A DNA stretch of 64,000 bases from Candidatus Cloacimonadota bacterium (GTDB lineage: Bacteria > Cloacimonadota > Cloacimonadia > JGIOTU-2): contig JBNGBT010000004.1 in assembly GCA_049903315.1 (NCBI GenBank), positions 64,001 to 128,000 on the forward strand, read 5' to 3'. Position numbers and translations under genes: made by a program. Each line of letters begins with the position of its first letter. Position 1 is the stretch's first letter. The notes under the pieces were generated by a model. The model saw nothing but the letters and a program-made list of their open reading frames with translations. It was not told the origin of the DNA and did no database searches. Of the stretch, positions 1 through 9,625 are shown piece after piece.

Positions 1-1
1 G

Positions 2-109
2 CTCATCATAGACTGCTCGAATTTTCTCCCGGATGAGAAGATCAAGAAATATCTGAAATTGGGATGTAAGGTAAAAGGCGTTGGGAAAGGGCATATAAAA
101 GACTTGTAA
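2..109 (+). CDS. C-terminal fragment of a probable nucleotide-sugar dehydrogenase (runs off window start)
   Basis: Frame 2 reads LIIDCSNFLPDEKIKKYLKLGCKVKGVGKGHIKDL*, resembling the C-terminus of some UDP-sugar/GDP-mannose dehydrogenases; followed by a terminator. Confidence 0.5.
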   Translation, partial: LIIDCSNFLPDEKIKKYLKLGCKVKGVGKGHIKDL

Positions 110-142
110 TTATATAATTTCTAATAACATAAACTACCATCA

Positions 143-175
143 AATGGGATTGAATTTTTTCAGTCCCATTTTTTT
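143..175 (+). terminator. Rho-independent terminator
   Basis: Stem aatgggattga / tcagtcccatt followed by a T run, just after the stop at 109. Confidence 0.75.
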
Positions 176-339
176 ATTGTAATGGGAAAATAGTTCTATT
201 TTTTTAACTGAGAAAGTTGGGAAAAAAATGTAAGAATAAACAATCAATTTTAGACGAAAAAAAAGTTCTAAACCACCAAAAAGTGTGTCCCAATTCCTTA
301 AGAACATTTTTCATCCTTTAGAAGTCTCGTTTCGTCGGC

Positions 340-367
340 TTGACGAAGGATCTCCCTGGTCTATAAT
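340..367 (+). promoter_or_regulatory. Sigma70-like promoter with no downstream long ORF
   Basis: TTGACG (340-345), 16-nt spacer, TATAAT (362-367). Confidence 0.4.
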
Positions 368-899
368 TTGTCTTTTCTGAGAGATCGTTGTGCTGATAAA
401 TCGGTATAACAATAACGAACTTATTTTATCTCTAATCAACGATAAAACCTTTCTATATCTATCTTTATAGGTTTTATGCTTTTTCACAAATACTGTCTGA
501 AAATACCTAATTCGACTACAAAAAATACCTCGAAAAAAGTACTCAAAACCAGTCTTATTATCTCTTATGTTTTGCATAGCGAAGACCAGTTCTAAGGCAG
601 GTTCTGAAGTGTTCTGGAGGAATGGGCGAAATTTGCCGTTTTCGGGGGAAAAGTGGGGCTATAATACGGGTAATTTTGTTAGAAAATGAACCAAGGTAAT
701 GTGCTTCCAGTAAGCACTTTAGACTAAACAGGCTATCCACAAAACAGAGGTAATCTTTTAGTTCAAAATACGCACCTAGATGGACAAACCCGCCATGCCC
801 GTAAATAGCTTAAAACCAAGAGGTTACAGATTTTGAGCCGGTGGTTTTAAATTAATAAATTCCGAACAATTCCAGCTAATACCTATAAATACCCTAATA

Positions 900-1673
900 T
901 CATACACCCAATACCCTCAATAGCTCCCCATGAACTTTTCCATTCGATGCAGCGATCTCCTTATCAAAAATTGAAAATTTTGAGCCATCAAATTTCGTGA
1001 CCTTCCCGCCAGCTTCCTCGAGTATGACAACACCTGCAGCAGTATCCCAGGGATAAAGCTCAACCTCCCAATAACCATCAAATATTCCACACGCAACATA
1101 GCACATATCGAGTGCGGCAGCGCCGGGACGACGAATACCCCGGCATTTTTTTATCATTTTTGAAAAATTGCTGATATTGTTTCTTTCTTCATTCAACATG
1201 TCATAAGGAAATCCTGTGGCAAGGAGCGATTTTGAAAAGTCTGCATTATCTGATACTGAGATTGGCTCGCTGTTTCTAAAACTACCTTTGCCTTTCTCAG
1301 CATAAAAAAGTTCATTGAGGATGGGATTATATACAACACCAACAATACTCTTACCATCTTTTTGTAACGCGATCGAGACACACACAAAAGGAAATCCATG
1401 CACATAATTGGTCGTGCCATCCAGCGGATCGATGACCCAGCGATAGGGTTGTGATGCATTTTGTTTGTGCTCGGTTTCTTCTGTGAGAATGTTATGCTTC
1501 GGATAATATTTTAAGATTGTTTCTACAACAGCTTTCTCAGCTTCTCTATCAACATTTGTAACAAGATTAATCCGTCCTTTGTAGTCGATCTCTTTCTTCT
1601 CATGAAAATTTTCTCTGATGATATTACCGGCTTTTTCTGCGGCTTCGAGTGCAATATCCAGATATTTTTTCAT
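900..1673 (-). CDS. suhB: Inositol monophosphatase family protein
   Basis: EE, WVIDPLDGTTNY, GAAALD and PWDTAAG motifs. Confidence 0.9.
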   Translation of the reverse strand: MKKYLDIALEAAEKAGNIIRENFHEKKEIDYKGRINLVTNVDREAEKAVVETILKYYPKHNILTEETEHKQNASQPYRWVIDPLDGTTNYVHGFPFVCVSIALQKDGKSIVGVVYNPILNELFYAEKGKGSFRNSEPISVSDNADFSKSLLATGFPYDMLNEERNNISNFSKMIKKCRGIRRPGAAALDMCYVACGIFDGYWEVELYPWDTAAGVVILEEAGGKVTKFDGSKFSIFDKEIAASNGKVHGELLRVLGV

Positions 1674-2746
1674 GATTTATCCTTTGCAGCACCTTTCAGG
1701 TTGAGAAGCTTTTTTCCATGCTCTTTCAATTGGGTGAAATTCTGTGGATGAAAAAGCAGGTATTTCTGCGTGTAACAACTACTCCAGCAGCCATCGCATG
1801 TTGAGTATTCTTCAAGCGTCTTAAGATATTCTTCACTGTTCACAATTTCTTCGAGATCCTGTTCAAACAGGTTTCCAATGCCATCACCCTTGCAGAGATG
1901 TACCTCCCCATTATGCATTATGGTGAGACGTGTTGCCGTGCGTTTGCCATCCACAAAAGGACAGAAGTCGGGAAAATCATTATCGATAATTCGTGGAATT
2001 CCTTCAATGAAGCTATTGAGATTAAGAATTGATGGATTATCTTTCAGAAAATCTATAGTTTTTTGTAGAGCTTCTGCATCGGTGATCTTCATCTCATCAT
2101 CTTCTTTTGTCGTGTCGAGTAATGAGTGATACACACCAATCGTCACTTCCCAGCCAGCGTCTTTGCTGGCTTTTATTATTTCAGGAACCTGATCGAGATT
2201 TTTTGCACTGAGTACGCAATTAGCATAAGTGAAGGAAGATGAACCGAGCTCCATTTTACGTGCAGTGATTTTTTTCATATTACTCAGCACAATATCTGCA
2301 TGATCTTTTACCCCTCGCAGATAATCACCATTTCCGCCGAGTCCATCCATAGAGGTTTGGATGTTTATCCCGTTTTTCAGGCAGAAGTCGATCACATTTT
2401 CGATCTTATCATAATCAAAATAGAGTCCCGAAACAAGTGAAACAGAAAGCGGGAAAACAGTTCGTGCACGATCAAGAATCTCTATTATATCAGGATGGAG
2501 AAGCGGTTCACCTCCGCTGATCATGCCGACAAGACTGCCGTATTTCTTCAATCTTCGGAGCACGAGCATATAATCAGAGAAACTCATAAAGGGCTTACCC
2601 TCACGGTTCTCATGAATGTTGCACTGCCTGCATCGCTGGTTGCACAGACGGGTGATCTTTATTTCTGTGACAGAATTGATCGGCTTATTCTGAAGGAGGT
2701 GCTTCGTTATTTTCGGAAGGGTTTTGAGCAGTGTTCTTTTTCTCAT
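1670..2746 (-). CDS. Radical SAM protein with C-terminal SPASM/twitch-like Cys cluster
   Basis: CNQRCRQC (CX3CX2C), SGGEP, C-terminal CPF...HLC...CDGCWSSC. Confidence 0.85.
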   Translation of the reverse strand: MRKRTLLKTLPKITKHLLQNKPINSVTEIKITRLCNQRCRQCNIHENREGKPFMSFSDYMLVLRRLKKYGSLVGMISGGEPLLHPDIIEILDRARTVFPLSVSLVSGLYFDYDKIENVIDFCLKNGINIQTSMDGLGGNGDYLRGVKDHADIVLSNMKKITARKMELGSSSFTYANCVLSAKNLDQVPEIIKASKDAGWEVTIGVYHSLLDTTKEDDEMKITDAEALQKTIDFLKDNPSILNLNSFIEGIPRIIDNDFPDFCPFVDGKRTATRLTIMHNGEVHLCKGDGIGNLFEQDLEEIVNSEEYLKTLEEYSTCDGCWSSCYTQKYLLFHPQNFTQLKEHGKKLLNLKGAAKDKS

Positions 2747-3944
2747 TGATTCTTTCTACGTTCTTTTTTGCCAGTTCGAAATCGGGATCAAGTTCCAGAG
2801 CTTTTTTTAGGAGTACAAGCGCCTGTTCGAGCTGCCCGTCATTTTCATATATAACAGCAAGATTGTTGAGGGTTTTCATTTCTTCTTTATGTTCGAGGAT
2901 CTCTTCATACAACACACGGCATTTCTGAATATTTCCCTCTGCTTGAAAGAGGAAAGCATAATTATATTTTGCTTCTGTGAACTCCGGATCTAATTCCATT
3001 GCATTGAAAAAATGCTCTTTTGCTTTTTCGATTTTTCCCTTTGTGGAGTAATAAATACCAAAATAGTAGTGAAGATCAGCAGAATCAGGGAAAACCTGCA
3101 GGTATTTCTTCAAATCATTATACGCTTTATCAAAATGCTGCTGTGCGTATTTATAGGCAATTCGCTGGATAAATTCACTTTCTGAGAGAACCATGCCCGA
3201 TTCACCAAATACCTTTTCTTTGATATACCAGTTACTATTTATTTTTTTTAAAATAAGTGAAAGTGAATATTTCCCATTTATCTCGAATTCCACAATCGCC
3301 TGATCCTGCTCTTTACTCAGCGCAGACCGGATAAGATCGAATTCTCTGATGGATTTGAATGCTTTATTTGCGATATTTCTTTTGATATAATTCAGCGTGA
3401 AATCCTTGTCTTTATATACTTCATGATGAACAAGGAGCGGAAGTGTGTCTTCGTGGTCAAAATTAACAACCAATTTCATAAAACGGTTTGCAGCATCCTC
3501 GTGAGTTTCATAAGCTTTCTTTTGAAGTGGAATGCCAAGTTGTTCTCGAACATAATTATAGGATAATGCACCTTTTAATGCCTGCTCATGTTTTTTTAGA
3601 AAAGAATCGATCTTCTTTTTTCCGGCTTCGTTTTCTGCATAGGATTTTGGGGTATTATTTTCAAAGAGGTGATTTTCAGTCTTAATCCATGTATGAAGGT
3701 GAAGATCAAGGAGCTCCTGCTGTTCTGAGATAGATTCAGAGTAATTGTTCAACTGAAGAGAGTTTTTGTCCTGAGCGCTTTTAAGAGCATATTTGCAGTC
3801 TTGCGGACACTCCATCTTGATACGAATTTCGTTACAGCAATGGAAGCAGATTTGCCGATGAGTTTTTGGGCATTTTCGCATGGCTTTATGTTTTTTACAG
3901 ATCTGGCAGCGTTTGGGTGGAAATATTCCAAAATAGGTTTTCAT
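2685..3944 (-). CDS. TPR-repeat protein with N-terminal Cys-rich (Zn-binding-like) domain
   Basis: CQIC..CPK..CFHCC..CPQDC at the N-terminus; C-terminal TPRs (AMELDP..AKYNYA, LNNLAVIY, ALELDP). Confidence 0.75.
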   Translation of the reverse strand: MKTYFGIFPPKRCQICKKHKAMRKCPKTHRQICFHCCNEIRIKMECPQDCKYALKSAQDKNSLQLNNYSESISEQQELLDLHLHTWIKTENHLFENNTPKSYAENEAGKKKIDSFLKKHEQALKGALSYNYVREQLGIPLQKKAYETHEDAANRFMKLVVNFDHEDTLPLLVHHEVYKDKDFTLNYIKRNIANKAFKSIREFDLIRSALSKEQDQAIVEFEINGKYSLSLILKKINSNWYIKEKVFGESGMVLSESEFIQRIAYKYAQQHFDKAYNDLKKYLQVFPDSADLHYYFGIYYSTKGKIEKAKEHFFNAMELDPEFTEAKYNYAFLFQAEGNIQKCRVLYEEILEHKEEMKTLNNLAVIYENDGQLEQALVLLKKALELDPDFELAKKNVERINEKKNTAQNPSENNEAPPSE

Positions 3945-3956
3945 ATAGTGTCTTTC

Positions 3957-4742
3957 TTATGCGGTTGTATAGGTTTCGGGATTTGGGGGGATTGATTGCT
4001 TAAAGCGGTTTTTCTTTACGAGGGAAATTATGTGTTGGATTTGCTCTTCCGTAAATCCCCGTGAAAGTAATTCTTCAAGTGGCAGCTTTTTTTCATAAAG
4101 AGCATAGAGGATTTCGTCAGCATCGTTGTAGGAAAACCCGAGTTCTTCTTCGTCGGTTTGATCTTCCCATAGATCGGCGGTAGGGGGTTTTGTTATGATA
4201 TTTTCGGGAACTCCCATCATTTCTGCAAGTTTCCAGACCTCTGTTTTATACAGGCAGCCGAGCGGTTCGAGTGCGCAAGCTCCATCTCCGAATTGCGTAA
4301 CATACCCGAGGAGAAGTTCTGTTTTATTGCCTGTGCCAAGCACGAGTGCATGCTCTTTTGCAGCGAGGTCATAGATCGTGCACATGCGCATTCTTGCCTT
4401 CATGTTGCCTTTTCGAAGTATGTCTGCTTCGGGTTCATAAGTGTCAAAATAGGCATTGACCATCGGGGTAATTTCACGCACATAGTATTTTATTCCGAGA
4501 TTGTCAGCAATCAATTTCCCATCATCGAAACTATCATCCCTGCTCGTTTTGTAGGGCATGAGTACGCCGATCACATTTTCTTTGCCAAGCGCTTCCACGG
4601 CAATATATGCAACGAGGGATGAATCAATCCCGCCGGACAGTCCGATAATACCTTTTGAAAAACCGGCATCCTTGAAATAGGTTTTGATGAAGTTAATTAT
4701 CTTTTGCTTTTCTTTTATGAGATCGATATTTCGCATTTTCAT
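3957..4742 (-). CDS. nadE: NH3-dependent NAD+ synthetase
   Basis: GLSGGIDS, GNMKARMRM, GTGNKTE, TQFGDG, PTADLW, DEEELG. Confidence 0.93.
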   Translation of the reverse strand: MKMRNIDLIKEKQKIINFIKTYFKDAGFSKGIIGLSGGIDSSLVAYIAVEALGKENVIGVLMPYKTSRDDSFDDGKLIADNLGIKYYVREITPMVNAYFDTYEPEADILRKGNMKARMRMCTIYDLAAKEHALVLGTGNKTELLLGYVTQFGDGACALEPLGCLYKTEVWKLAEMMGVPENIITKPPTADLWEDQTDEEELGFSYNDADEILYALYEKKLPLEELLSRGFTEEQIQHIISLVKKNRFKQSIPPNPETYTTA

Positions 4743-5506
4743 CTCACCTTAATATTATCAATCGATTGCACTATGAAATCTGCAAAGGATTCAAGAAGGT
4801 CAGCGCTATCTTTGCCTGAAAGCACTGCAATAGAAAGCCCACAACCTGCGTTCTTTGCCATTTCCATATCCAGCGTGCTGTCACCCACAACTGCGGTATG
4901 CTCTGGTTTGATTTCAAGCCTCTCACACACATAATGCACCATATCTGGAGCAGGTTTGTCATTCGTGATGCTGTCCGCACCGGAAATCGCGTGTACCTGG
5001 TCGAGTACATCGAATGCTTCCAGGATTTTCTCACATCTCACTGCGAGGTCGGAAGTTGCAACTGCGATCTTGATGTTGTGTTCCAATGCATTTTCAAATA
5101 ATCCCCGAATATCCCCAAGCGGATTTGCGATCTTCTTCAAATCCACAATACTGTCCACTTCTCCAAAAATGCGGTGAGTTGACTCGTGCGCTTCATCTTT
5201 CTTCAATCCAAACTCTATGAGTTTTTTTATTACTTTTTTTTCTGTTGTCGGTCGGGAATCTGTCAGGATAGCAACATCGAGAATATTCGTTGAATAAGGA
5301 TCTGCACCCATTGCCCGAATGATGTCATCAACTCTATTCTCTGCTAATTCGAAATGCTCGCCAAGTAATCTCGCCCGTTGTTTGATGATCTCAATCCACA
5401 TATTTAAATCGGATAACGTGCCGTCTTTATCAAATATCATGAGTTTTATTTGTGCAGGATCAATATATACCGTGCCGTTCTGCAAATGTGCTGCTTTGTG
5501 TGCCAT
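4739..5506 (-). CDS. HAD-superfamily hydrolase (phosphoglycolate phosphatase-like)
   Basis: IFDKDGTL motif I, KPAP, VGDS..D motif IV. Confidence 0.85.
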   Translation of the reverse strand: MAHKAAHLQNGTVYIDPAQIKLMIFDKDGTLSDLNMWIEIIKQRARLLGEHFELAENRVDDIIRAMGADPYSTNILDVAILTDSRPTTEKKVIKKLIEFGLKKDEAHESTHRIFGEVDSIVDLKKIANPLGDIRGLFENALEHNIKIAVATSDLAVRCEKILEAFDVLDQVHAISGADSITNDKPAPDMVHYVCERLEIKPEHTAVVGDSTLDMEMAKNAGCGLSIAVLSGKDSADLLESFADFIVQSIDNIKVR

Positions 5507-5994
5507 TAAATCCTTTCTATTGCCTGAAGAACATCCATAAGAGTGATCTCGTCGAGTTTCCTGTTTTTGCCGATCATGCTTGCAAGGAGCGAGAGAAATT
5601 GTTCGACGGTCATGTCTGCATACTTATCGAGGATCAAGTAGGATATATCCGAACTGCTTCCTTTTAGTATATTGTCGAGTTCATCTGTATCTTCTTTTTT
5701 TTCTGATTTCTTTTCAGGTTTGGATGTTGGTTTGCCGGTTTCCTTTTCCTCATCTTTCTTAATATTGAACACGTCCTTTTCGTCATCACTCATGACGAAT
5801 GAACCGATTGCCGCGCGATCCTTTTTACTTTTAGAGCTTATTATCTCTTCAAGATAGGTGATCTTCTTTTCATAGAACTCATCATGCTTTTTCTCGTTGA
5901 GTTTTTTATACATGATCAGTGCCATTGCATACTTACCCTGTTCCTCGTACATTTTTGCAAGAGCCGGTGATGCGGCAACATCCTGAAATTCCAT
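5506..5994 (-). CDS. Hypothetical protein (N-terminal TPR-like helix, charged linker)
   Basis: Operon-embedded ORF abutting both neighbours; LAKMYEEQGKY resembles a single TPR; start at the MEFQ ATG. Confidence 0.65.
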   Translation of the reverse strand: MEFQDVAASPALAKMYEEQGKYAMALIMYKKLNEKKHDEFYEKKITYLEEIISSKSKKDRAAIGSFVMSDDEKDVFNIKKDEEKETGKPTSKPEKKSEKKEDTDELDNILKGSSSDISYLILDKYADMTVEQFLSLLASMIGKNRKLDEITLMDVLQAIERI

Positions 5995-5995
5995 A

Positions 5996-6628
5996 TTAAA
6001 CCTCAATCCTGTTTTTTATTTTATCGAATATGCCCTGTCCGATGCCTTTCACGTTCATGATCTCTTCGATGGTTTGAAAAGAGCCATGTTCGTTTCTGTA
6101 GTCAATAATTGCCTGCGCTTTTTTCTCTCCTATTCCGCTTAAATTCTGCAGCTGTTCAATCGTCGCAGAATTAATGTTGATAATATCAGTTATGTCGGAA
6201 GAAGCAGCATTCGATGAAGGAGAATCATCAGCAACAAACGCATATACTTCTACCGAATCTCCAATCATTTCGAGATAGGGAAGGAGTTTTGCCAGAGTTT
6301 TCTTGCCGATTCCTTTAATATTCGTCAGTTCAATAAGAGAAGAAAGTGTTCCATGTTCTGTTTTATATTCGTAAATCGCCTGTGCTTTTGCAGGACCGAT
6401 ACCCGGCAATTCCGCAAGCGTTTCAATATCTGCAATATTGATGTTGATCATCATGGGCTCATGGGATTTTTCCACAACTTTCTTTAGACTGTCTTTAATT
6501 GTACTCGTAGAATCGGCATCGAGAATGGAAGAAATGTTTTTCACATTGAGCACAACCAGCCCAATAACAAGGAATACAACAACAAAAATGATGATGTTGC
6601 GTTCCTCGGGAGTGAAATATTTATTCAT
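5996..6628 (-). CDS. comEA: ComEA-family helix-hairpin-helix DNA-binding membrane protein (two HhH blocks)
   Basis: N-terminal TM helix; ININIA..LPGIGPAKAQAI and ININSAT..LSGIGEKKAQAI..VKGIG. Confidence 0.8.
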   Translation of the reverse strand: MNKYFTPEERNIIIFVVVFLVIGLVVLNVKNISSILDADSTSTIKDSLKKVVEKSHEPMMININIADIETLAELPGIGPAKAQAIYEYKTEHGTLSSLIELTNIKGIGKKTLAKLLPYLEMIGDSVEVYAFVADDSPSSNAASSDITDIININSATIEQLQNLSGIGEKKAQAIIDYRNEHGSFQTIEEIMNVKGIGQGIFDKIKNRIEV

Positions 6629-7505
6629 AGATCAAATGTGTCAGGACTGTGCCCACATTCTGCAGACTTTCTGGGCTGCATTTGTCGGGCGTATCCTCGA
6701 TAGTGTGCCAGTATGGATACTCCATATCAATAATATCTATCGCTTCGTACCCTGCTTCAAGAAAAGCATAATGATCGTCATAAATATAATATGTTTTTTT
6801 GGAAGAAAAGGAGCGGATATCGTTTTTTCTGGCAATGTCCCACACTTTTTTTACCAGTGCAGGAGATGAATTTTGTGAAAATGATTCAATCCTAATATCC
6901 AAATCAGCATCTCCGATCATGTCGACCACGATCACGAACTCGGGGTCTTTTCCCTTATAGTGCTCGACAAAATATTGTGATCCAAGGCACCACGTTTCGT
7001 TCTCTCCATAAGAGCCAGCATCTTCTGCATCAAAAAAAAGAAGGTCGATTCCGTATACAGGTGGTTCGTTTGCCTGTAATATAGTTGCAAGTTCCATGAG
7101 CACAGCAACACCGGATGCGGCATCGTTCGCACCGATAATCGGCGTGTTATGATTGGAAACATCCTCATCTTTATCAGCCCATGGGCGCGTATCCCAGTGA
7201 GCTCCGATGAAAATGCGTCGTGGTCTGTCCGGGTAATAGGATGCGAAAATATTCGTGCATTGAAATGTTTCTTCATGAATTTCAATGGGAAATTCCTGAG
7301 TGCTTACTTTTGCACCGTAAGAGTTCAGGAAGTCTATAAAGTAATCTTTGCATTGAGTGTGACCTTCAGAGCCCGGATTCCTTGGCCCGAAATCGCACTG
7401 TGCTTCGAGGTAATCGAATGCTTTCTCTCCGCTGAATTCGGGAATGGTACTCGAGCATCCAAAAAGGAGCAACGCGCATAACCATATCAAACCAATTATT
7501 TTCAT
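6621..7505 (-). CDS. M28-family peptidase / glutaminyl-cyclase-like lipoprotein
   Basis: Lipobox LFGC; GAHWDTRP, GANDAASG, FDAED, DMIGD, DDH, WHT. Confidence 0.85.
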   Translation of the reverse strand: MKIIGLIWLCALLLFGCSSTIPEFSGEKAFDYLEAQCDFGPRNPGSEGHTQCKDYFIDFLNSYGAKVSTQEFPIEIHEETFQCTNIFASYYPDRPRRIFIGAHWDTRPWADKDEDVSNHNTPIIGANDAASGVAVLMELATILQANEPPVYGIDLLFFDAEDAGSYGENETWCLGSQYFVEHYKGKDPEFVIVVDMIGDADLDIRIESFSQNSSPALVKKVWDIARKNDIRSFSSKKTYYIYDDHYAFLEAGYEAIDIIDMEYPYWHTIEDTPDKCSPESLQNVGTVLTHLIYE

Positions 7506-7571
7506 AATATATTTTTGTAATATTTTCCTATGAATTCAACGAGAAATGAAACAGATTCGTTGTCAATTTTT

Positions 7572-8405
7572 CTATTGGTGAAAATCCCTCGAATAGATAA
7601 TCTGAGTGAAATCTTCAGGAAGATCAGCCTGGGTCACATTTCTCGGATAAATCCGCAGGGGATTAATATCGATGCCTCCGCGACGAGTGTATTTGCAGAT
7701 CAGAGCTAGTTTTTGGGGTGCTAAAATATTTACCAGATCAAAGAGGATTCTCTCGCAGCACTCCTCGTGATATTCATTATGTAGTCTGTAGGAGATAATA
7801 TATTTGAGTAAGGATTCCGGCTGTATCGTTCTTTTGTCAGCGCTAAAATACAAATATAAAGAACCCCAGTCCGGCTGGTTTGTGAGTGGACAATTCGATC
7901 TTAGAAGATGTGAACAAAAATAGTAATCCTGATGCTTTGAAATATCTGTCTGCAGCAGAGAGGTATTCGGCTTGTATTCTGAAATTTCATCAATTTCAAG
8001 TTCATCTATACAGAAGAAATTCGAGCTGTCGGTAAAAATATTTGAGAAAGATGAATGTGTTTCATAAGAGATCTGAACATTATCAGTATCAAGAATTTTC
8101 TCGATATCTGTCTTAACCAAATAGAGTACCTCTTCAAATGTAGAGAACCTTACCATTGCATAGGAATTAAGGTACAGTTTTAATGATTTGCTCTCCACGA
8201 TATTTGGAGAATCAGAATCATATTCAATGGTAAGAATGCCTGCTGTCGGTTTCCCAATATTTTGAAGGAATGAGAATTCATAGGCATTCCAGATATCGAT
8301 CCCATGAAAAGGCACCGGCTCTGTCCAGCCGATTTTGTTTCTGCCCTTTGAGCGGGGTATCGGTTTGAGAATTTCCGCATTGTGATTTAAAAATACTTTG
8401 TCCAT
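7572..8405 (-). CDS. queF: NADPH-dependent 7-cyano-7-deazaguanine reductase, long (bimodular) type
   Basis: DIWNAYEFS, VESKSLKLYLNS, SNCPLTNQPDWG, HEEC.ERI, YTRRGGIDINP. Confidence 0.92.
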   Translation of the reverse strand: MDKVFLNHNAEILKPIPRSKGRNKIGWTEPVPFHGIDIWNAYEFSFLQNIGKPTAGILTIEYDSDSPNIVESKSLKLYLNSYAMVRFSTFEEVLYLVKTDIEKILDTDNVQISYETHSSFSNIFTDSSNFFCIDELEIDEISEYKPNTSLLQTDISKHQDYYFCSHLLRSNCPLTNQPDWGSLYLYFSADKRTIQPESLLKYIISYRLHNEYHEECCERILFDLVNILAPQKLALICKYTRRGGIDINPLRIYPRNVTQADLPEDFTQIIYSRDFHQ

Positions 8406-8481
8406 TTTAAACCCTCATCTCAAAAAATAATAATTCTTCTGTCAGAAATTTTAACAAAATTGTAATAGAAATATTTCAGTG

Positions 8482-9549
8482 TCAAAATGCTTCTCCTGTG
8501 GAGATCGAAAAATTCCAGTCCTCTTCTCCAAATCCGATATCGATACGCAGGTTAAGCCGGTCATCCGTGAAGAATGAGTAGCGCAACCCAAAGCCGAGAT
8601 CCGATCTGGCTTGAGCGAGAGAGAAGTTCTTGATTTTGTCGGCTACTTGACCATTCTCAGCAAAAACAACAAATCCCAGTTTATTGAGAAATCCACTTTC
8701 CCATGGAAAAACACGGTACTCGGCTCTGAATACAGCAATTTGTTTGTCAATATTCAGGTTGGGCGTCATCCCGCGCATATGCTTATCCAGATGGGGTATG
8801 CTGTAAAAGGGAGGATTCTTGGAGGTGAGAGATACATATCCCTGAAGCGCAAAAACGTGTTTATCAGAAAAGGAAAAGTACTGCCGGAGATCAAGAGTGT
8901 ACTTATCAAAATTATAATCGCTTCCTATGAACTTATTGTAGTTTATTGCTTGAAAACTCACGAGCTGTCCTTTTGTCGGGTAGGATTCAGCATTTCTGCT
9001 ATCATAGCTGATCTGTAAGCCCATTCCTGAATTAAAACCACCTTTGCTTCCGGGAATTGTTCCTGAATATAATAAACCGCCATCCTCCTTTTTCGTAATA
9101 TCATAATAACTGAAGTCATATATAATTGATAGATCCAAATTTGCGGATATCTTTCTACTCACATCAAAGGTGCATCCGAATTCGATTGGAGTAAAATTCT
9201 CTGCTTTATCAACTTCTGCGTATCTGCCGATGCCGTAAAATATTGAGGGCCATTTTTTGAAATTAAGTGTTGAGTTGAGTGTATAAAGACCATTCTTAAA
9301 ACGAATCTCAGGTTCAAATTTAACTGCGAACTGCTTCTTAGCGCTATATTCAAGAGAGAGGTAATAACTATTTGGGGGGATGGATGTATCAAAGTGCTTT
9401 GGTCGAATTCGGGCATAAGCAATACCGCCTGCGTAAAAGCCGGTTTCAGTCTCGTAACCGAAAATAGGGTACCCGGCAATCTCTGATTCTGCGAAAAGAG
9501 TGCAGCATAAAAGTAATGTAATGAAAAGGAGAATAAGAAATCTTTTCAC
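8482..9549 (-). CDS. Omp85/BamA-TamA family beta-barrel protein without POTRA domains
   Basis: GTG start after GGAAGGA; signal peptide; YDSR..YPTKG, DLRQY, GFGLRY..NLRIDIG and C-terminal GEAF. Confidence 0.8.
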   Translation of the reverse strand: MKRFLILLFITLLLCCTLFAESEIAGYPIFGYETETGFYAGGIAYARIRPKHFDTSIPPNSYYLSLEYSAKKQFAVKFEPEIRFKNGLYTLNSTLNFKKWPSIFYGIGRYAEVDKAENFTPIEFGCTFDVSRKISANLDLSIIYDFSYYDITKKEDGGLLYSGTIPGSKGGFNSGMGLQISYDSRNAESYPTKGQLVSFQAINYNKFIGSDYNFDKYTLDLRQYFSFSDKHVFALQGYVSLTSKNPPFYSIPHLDKHMRGMTPNLNIDKQIAVFRAEYRVFPWESGFLNKLGFVVFAENGQVADKIKNFSLAQARSDLGFGLRYSFFTDDRLNLRIDIGFGEEDWNFSISTGEAF

Positions 9550-9625
9550 TAATCCTTCCCGGGATTTTAGAGAATTTGAAGATGAACGACAAGCACCAGC
9601 ATACATCCTCATCATTATAATCTAA

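Noticed and set aside
122..150. taataacataa resembling a XerD arm of a dif site
   Set aside because: No matching XerC arm at 6-bp spacing, and it overlaps a terminator.
311..740. Minus-strand ORFs 311-577 (88 aa) and 558-740 (60 aa)
   Set aside because: No recognisable motifs or RBS and atypical composition; probably chance ORFs.
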